Positions 60,837-64,000 of a stretch of DNA of 64,000 bases are shown piece by piece (position 1 is the first letter of the stretch; each line of letters starts with the position of its first letter). The stretch comes from Octopus sinensis (Eukaryota), in NCBI RefSeq assembly GCF_006345805.1, contig NW_021832611.1, forward strand, positions 124,001 to 188,000. Direction: 5' to 3'. The notes beneath the pieces were generated by a model. That model was not told the origin of the DNA. It did not search any database and saw nothing but the letters and a program-made list of their open reading frames with translations. The translations under genes and the position numbers were made by a program.

Positions 60837-61747
60837 ATGTTAAATTCGTTTGTTGTAATATTAATTTGGCTAAATTATTTTTCTCTATCATTGAGAATTC
60901 TAATCAAGATACAAAACTCATCTGACTATAAATTTATTCAAAATAATTCTCAAAATTTCGTTTTTGATAAATTTGACAATATTTACGATCTTCCTGAATA
61001 TTTAAATTGGACTCAAAAAAATGTAGTAACTCCTGTTAAGAACCAATTTAATTGCGGATCTTGTTATGCTTTTGGGACGGTTGATGAATTTAGTTTATTT
61101 TTAGGTTGCGAGTTTAGAAAGCCAATATGCATTAAAGTTTAACAAGCTGGTTGCTTTCAGTGAACAAAATGTTATCGACTGCACATCCCCGTTTAAAAAT
61201 TTCGGCTGCTGGGGGGGAATGTTTGAAAACATTATTCAATATATCCTTACAGTTGGAGGTCTCGACACTCAAGAAGAGTATCCTTATGAAGGAAGGGTTC
61301 GGTTTGTTTAATACATTTGTAGACAGTCAAGTGTAGATATCACTATAACAAATTAAGATTAAAAGACAAAGGATTCGTTTGCATGGAAAATTTAACAAAT
61401 TATCAACTTCAAAAAATAGTTACAGAAATTGGCCCAGTGACTGCCGATTTAGATCCCACTTCATTTGCTTTCATGTTCTACACAAAAGGTAATATTTTTA
61501 AAACTCCGCAGGAATATTAAAAATTAATAAATACGATCGAAAGAATATGATACATTTTGTACTTTTAGTTGGCTATGGAGTTGAAAATACACTAAAATAT
61601 TGGCTAATCAAGAACAGGTACTAAATTTTCTTCCAGTCTAATAGTTGGGGGACCTCATGGGGTGAGAGTGGATATTCAAGATTATCAAGAGATAATGAGA
61701 ACGCAGCAGGAATAGGCATTAAAATATGCTATCCGATTTTTGAATAA
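60837..61747 (+). CDS. Cathepsin L-like cysteine protease, copy 3 (no I29 propeptide; mosaic)
   Basis: 5' region essentially identical to copy 1; intact catalytic triad; same four introns. Confidence 0.9.
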
Positions 61748-63465
61748 TGTAGTTTTCTAACACAGGATAATTTTTAACTAAAAGATTTAACCAAATTTGT
61801 CTGTTCTGATTTTTACGGAAATATGGGTCAGCAGAGATATTAAATTTCAAAAAATCATAGCCAGACATCTTTTCCTCATCCTTCACAATACATTTTTTCC
61901 CTCAAAGGCTGAATTCACACGTCTAAGTTCCTCTGTATCTCTCGCTGCCTGTCCTGGCACGATCTTTTCTCAAATCTCGAGTCCTCTCTTAAGTCTTGCG
62001 CCGAATCAAATCTAATGTTCATGTTGACAAATTCGACTGAATTAAGGGGAAACTTTCATTACAGCAAGTAACTTTGCTATTCGAGCTCACTTTTCCTCAT
62101 TATTAATTTCTACATTCTGTTTCAATAGATTATACTTTTTCAATAATGTTTTGCTGAACATTCTTGTTGTGACCTGAAGTCTTATAGACCAAATAAAAAA
62201 CTTATTTTTTTGGACATGTCGACGTTACGGAAACGGGACACCTTCTGGGTCACAGAGTTTTCCGAGAGTCTGTCATATCTTCGGGCAAACAGGAATAAAA
62301 CCAAGCAATCGAGAATCGATAAATATCAAAAATTCTTGCATTATAACTTTTTTGCGTCTGTCACATTCTTTGTTTGGCCAGTCAAATCCCCGGGAAAAAA
62401 GCAAACAAAATCGAGAAAGTGAAACTCGATAAATACCAAACATTTTTGCACTATCACTTTTTTTGCCTCCGTCACATTTGCAACTTCTAAAATCTAGAGA
62501 AATCTTACCATAAGCTTTATACATGCCATCGGGAGAAACATTGTTTCACATAGAAGCGACTCATGTGAATCATATAGCTGTGGCGACAAATTTCGATTGC
62601 CATTTTTAAATGATTCTTTTTCTCTTAAAAATGAAATAAAAAAGTTTAATAAATATTTTAGATGCACTCTGAGGATCTAATTCACACTGTAACTTTTAAA
62701 AGACCTTACTCAAGAAAAAAGGTTAAATGTTCTATTTTTGTCTTTTAAAGTTTGCTTGTATTTTTTTCTATGCAACGATCCAGTATATTTTTCATAAAAA
62801 TAATCCAGGGGACGCTGGTGAATTTCTGATAGTAATTTAGAAATTTTTACACAATTTCAATTAATAGCTCTTAAATTAACGTAAAAAATAATTTTGAGAC
62901 TGAATTATTGCTTATTTGATTAGGGAATTTAAAGCTGGGGAATTTTTGACTCCATATAGGCCTGTAAAGATTTATCTACATATATCTATCTTAAGTATCC
63001 CTTGAATATTTGGTGATATTAACAATCAATTTTATTAGATAAGGAATGACTCTGCTATTCGCGAGGTTGGCCGAGCGTCTCGCGCGACCATTAGGCTCTC
63101 TGTTTAAATACAAATATACAAAATTCACAAAATTTTTATTATCTAGATTGTTTTAAGAATGATGTGGATTTTCCACTGGTACATTAGCCATAGCTCGTTT
63201 TCATATTTCCTCTTCTCCTTCTTTATTATCTGGTAACGATTGAGACATAAACATTTTTTGGTAAAGTAAGTTATTCTTCATATAAAAGTATTTTAAATCC
63301 CAGTTTCGTAAAAAATGATTTTCAAACTCATTGTGAAAAAATCTTCTTATTATAAAATGTTTTGTCTTTTATTCAGATTTTATATAGATATTCTCTATTA
63401 GTTTTTTAGATAAAGAAAAATCAACTTTTATAACTTTTATAATACAAGTTATTGTTTTAATAAAT

Positions 63466-64000
63466 TTGAGTTATACGGGACCACTGTGCAGAGACATAAC
63501 GTTGGAAGAAACGTATGCCGCAATTATGAGCTGCAAGAACAATGCACCCGGCCATGACTACATTCAAATTACTGTATTCAAACATGCTCCAATTATTCTC
63601 CTACGATACTTGACCGCACTATACAATGCAAGCTGGAGACTTGAATACGTACCGGACTCTTGAAAAAAGTCAATCGTACGTATGATTCCAAAGCCTGGAA
63701 AAATGAAGGACCATGCAGAGAACTATAGGCCGATAAGCCTAATATGCTCCGTCTCTAAAATTATGGAACGGATTGTCTTCACAAGACTTTCGAACTTCGT
63801 AGAGGAATCAGGTGCTCTTGCAGCGGAGCAGTGGGGATTCCGACGAAAAAGATCCTGTGGAGATTGTTTCCCAGAACTTGAGAAAGTCATCTCGCTTAGT
63901 CTTGCTAACAATACAGCGACTATTGCTATCTGCCTCGATGTCTCAAAAACTTTTGACAGCGTATGGCACCTGGGCCTCTTGGAAAGTGTCGCCAAAATCA
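63466..64000 (+). mobile_element. I/Jockey-like LINE RT fragment running off the window end
   Basis: ITLEETYAAIMSCKNNAPGHD, YRPISLI, QWGFR, LDVSKTFDSV, with one in-frame stop. Confidence 0.85.

Noticed and set aside
9130-61747. Alternative genetic code or stop-codon readthrough to explain the broken ORFs
   Set aside because: In-frame stops in the host genes I could reconstruct disappear on removing short GT-AG or GC-AG introns, and TAA, TAG and TGA are all used as true stops.
62210-62524. Overlapping ORFs on both strands
   Set aside because: The region is an imperfect ~100-bp direct duplication and no protein family was recognised.
63055-63105. GC-rich hairpin as a Helitron 3' end
   Set aside because: No CTRR terminus in the right position and no matching 5' end.

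Overview
Strongly AT-rich eukaryotic (animal) genomic DNA. About 14 compact host genes are embedded in a dense, nested transposon landscape. Host genes recognised: an ARF-like GTPase, a TGF-beta/activin receptor kinase, a C2H2 zinc-finger gene, a triple-ShK protein, a MULE/FAR1-type DNA-binding-domain gene, a calmodulin-like gene, TENT4/PAPD5, BBOF1, three cathepsin-L-like paralogues, GPN1 and SLU7. Almost all introns I could delimit are only 22-35 nt (one is 48 nt), which explains the fragmented ORF track. Micro-introns plus a TGF-beta receptor plus the motile-cilium gene BBOF1 point to a reduced, ciliated parasitic animal (dicyemid- or orthonectid-like); this is an inference. Mobile DNA includes hAT/Buster, pogo/Tigger, Tc1/IS630, a MITE, Ginger-like integrases, Helitrons with an expanding ~95-bp minisatellite, RLE-type (R4/NeSL-like and CRE-like), RTE and I/Jockey-like LINEs, and a tRNA-derived SINE. 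Most unusual observations: (1) an R4-like retroelement whose RT domain is replaced by (TTAGGG)n and which is bracketed by a perfect 223-bp inverted duplication; (2) two convergent tRNA-Lys(TTT) genes that are both split, one by a MITE in the anticodon loop; (3) DNA transposase and integrase genes carrying host-type micro-introns; (4) propeptide-less cathepsin L paralogues with a gene-conversion mosaic. All calls are by eye; no database searches were run, and boundaries without TSD/TIR support are approximate.
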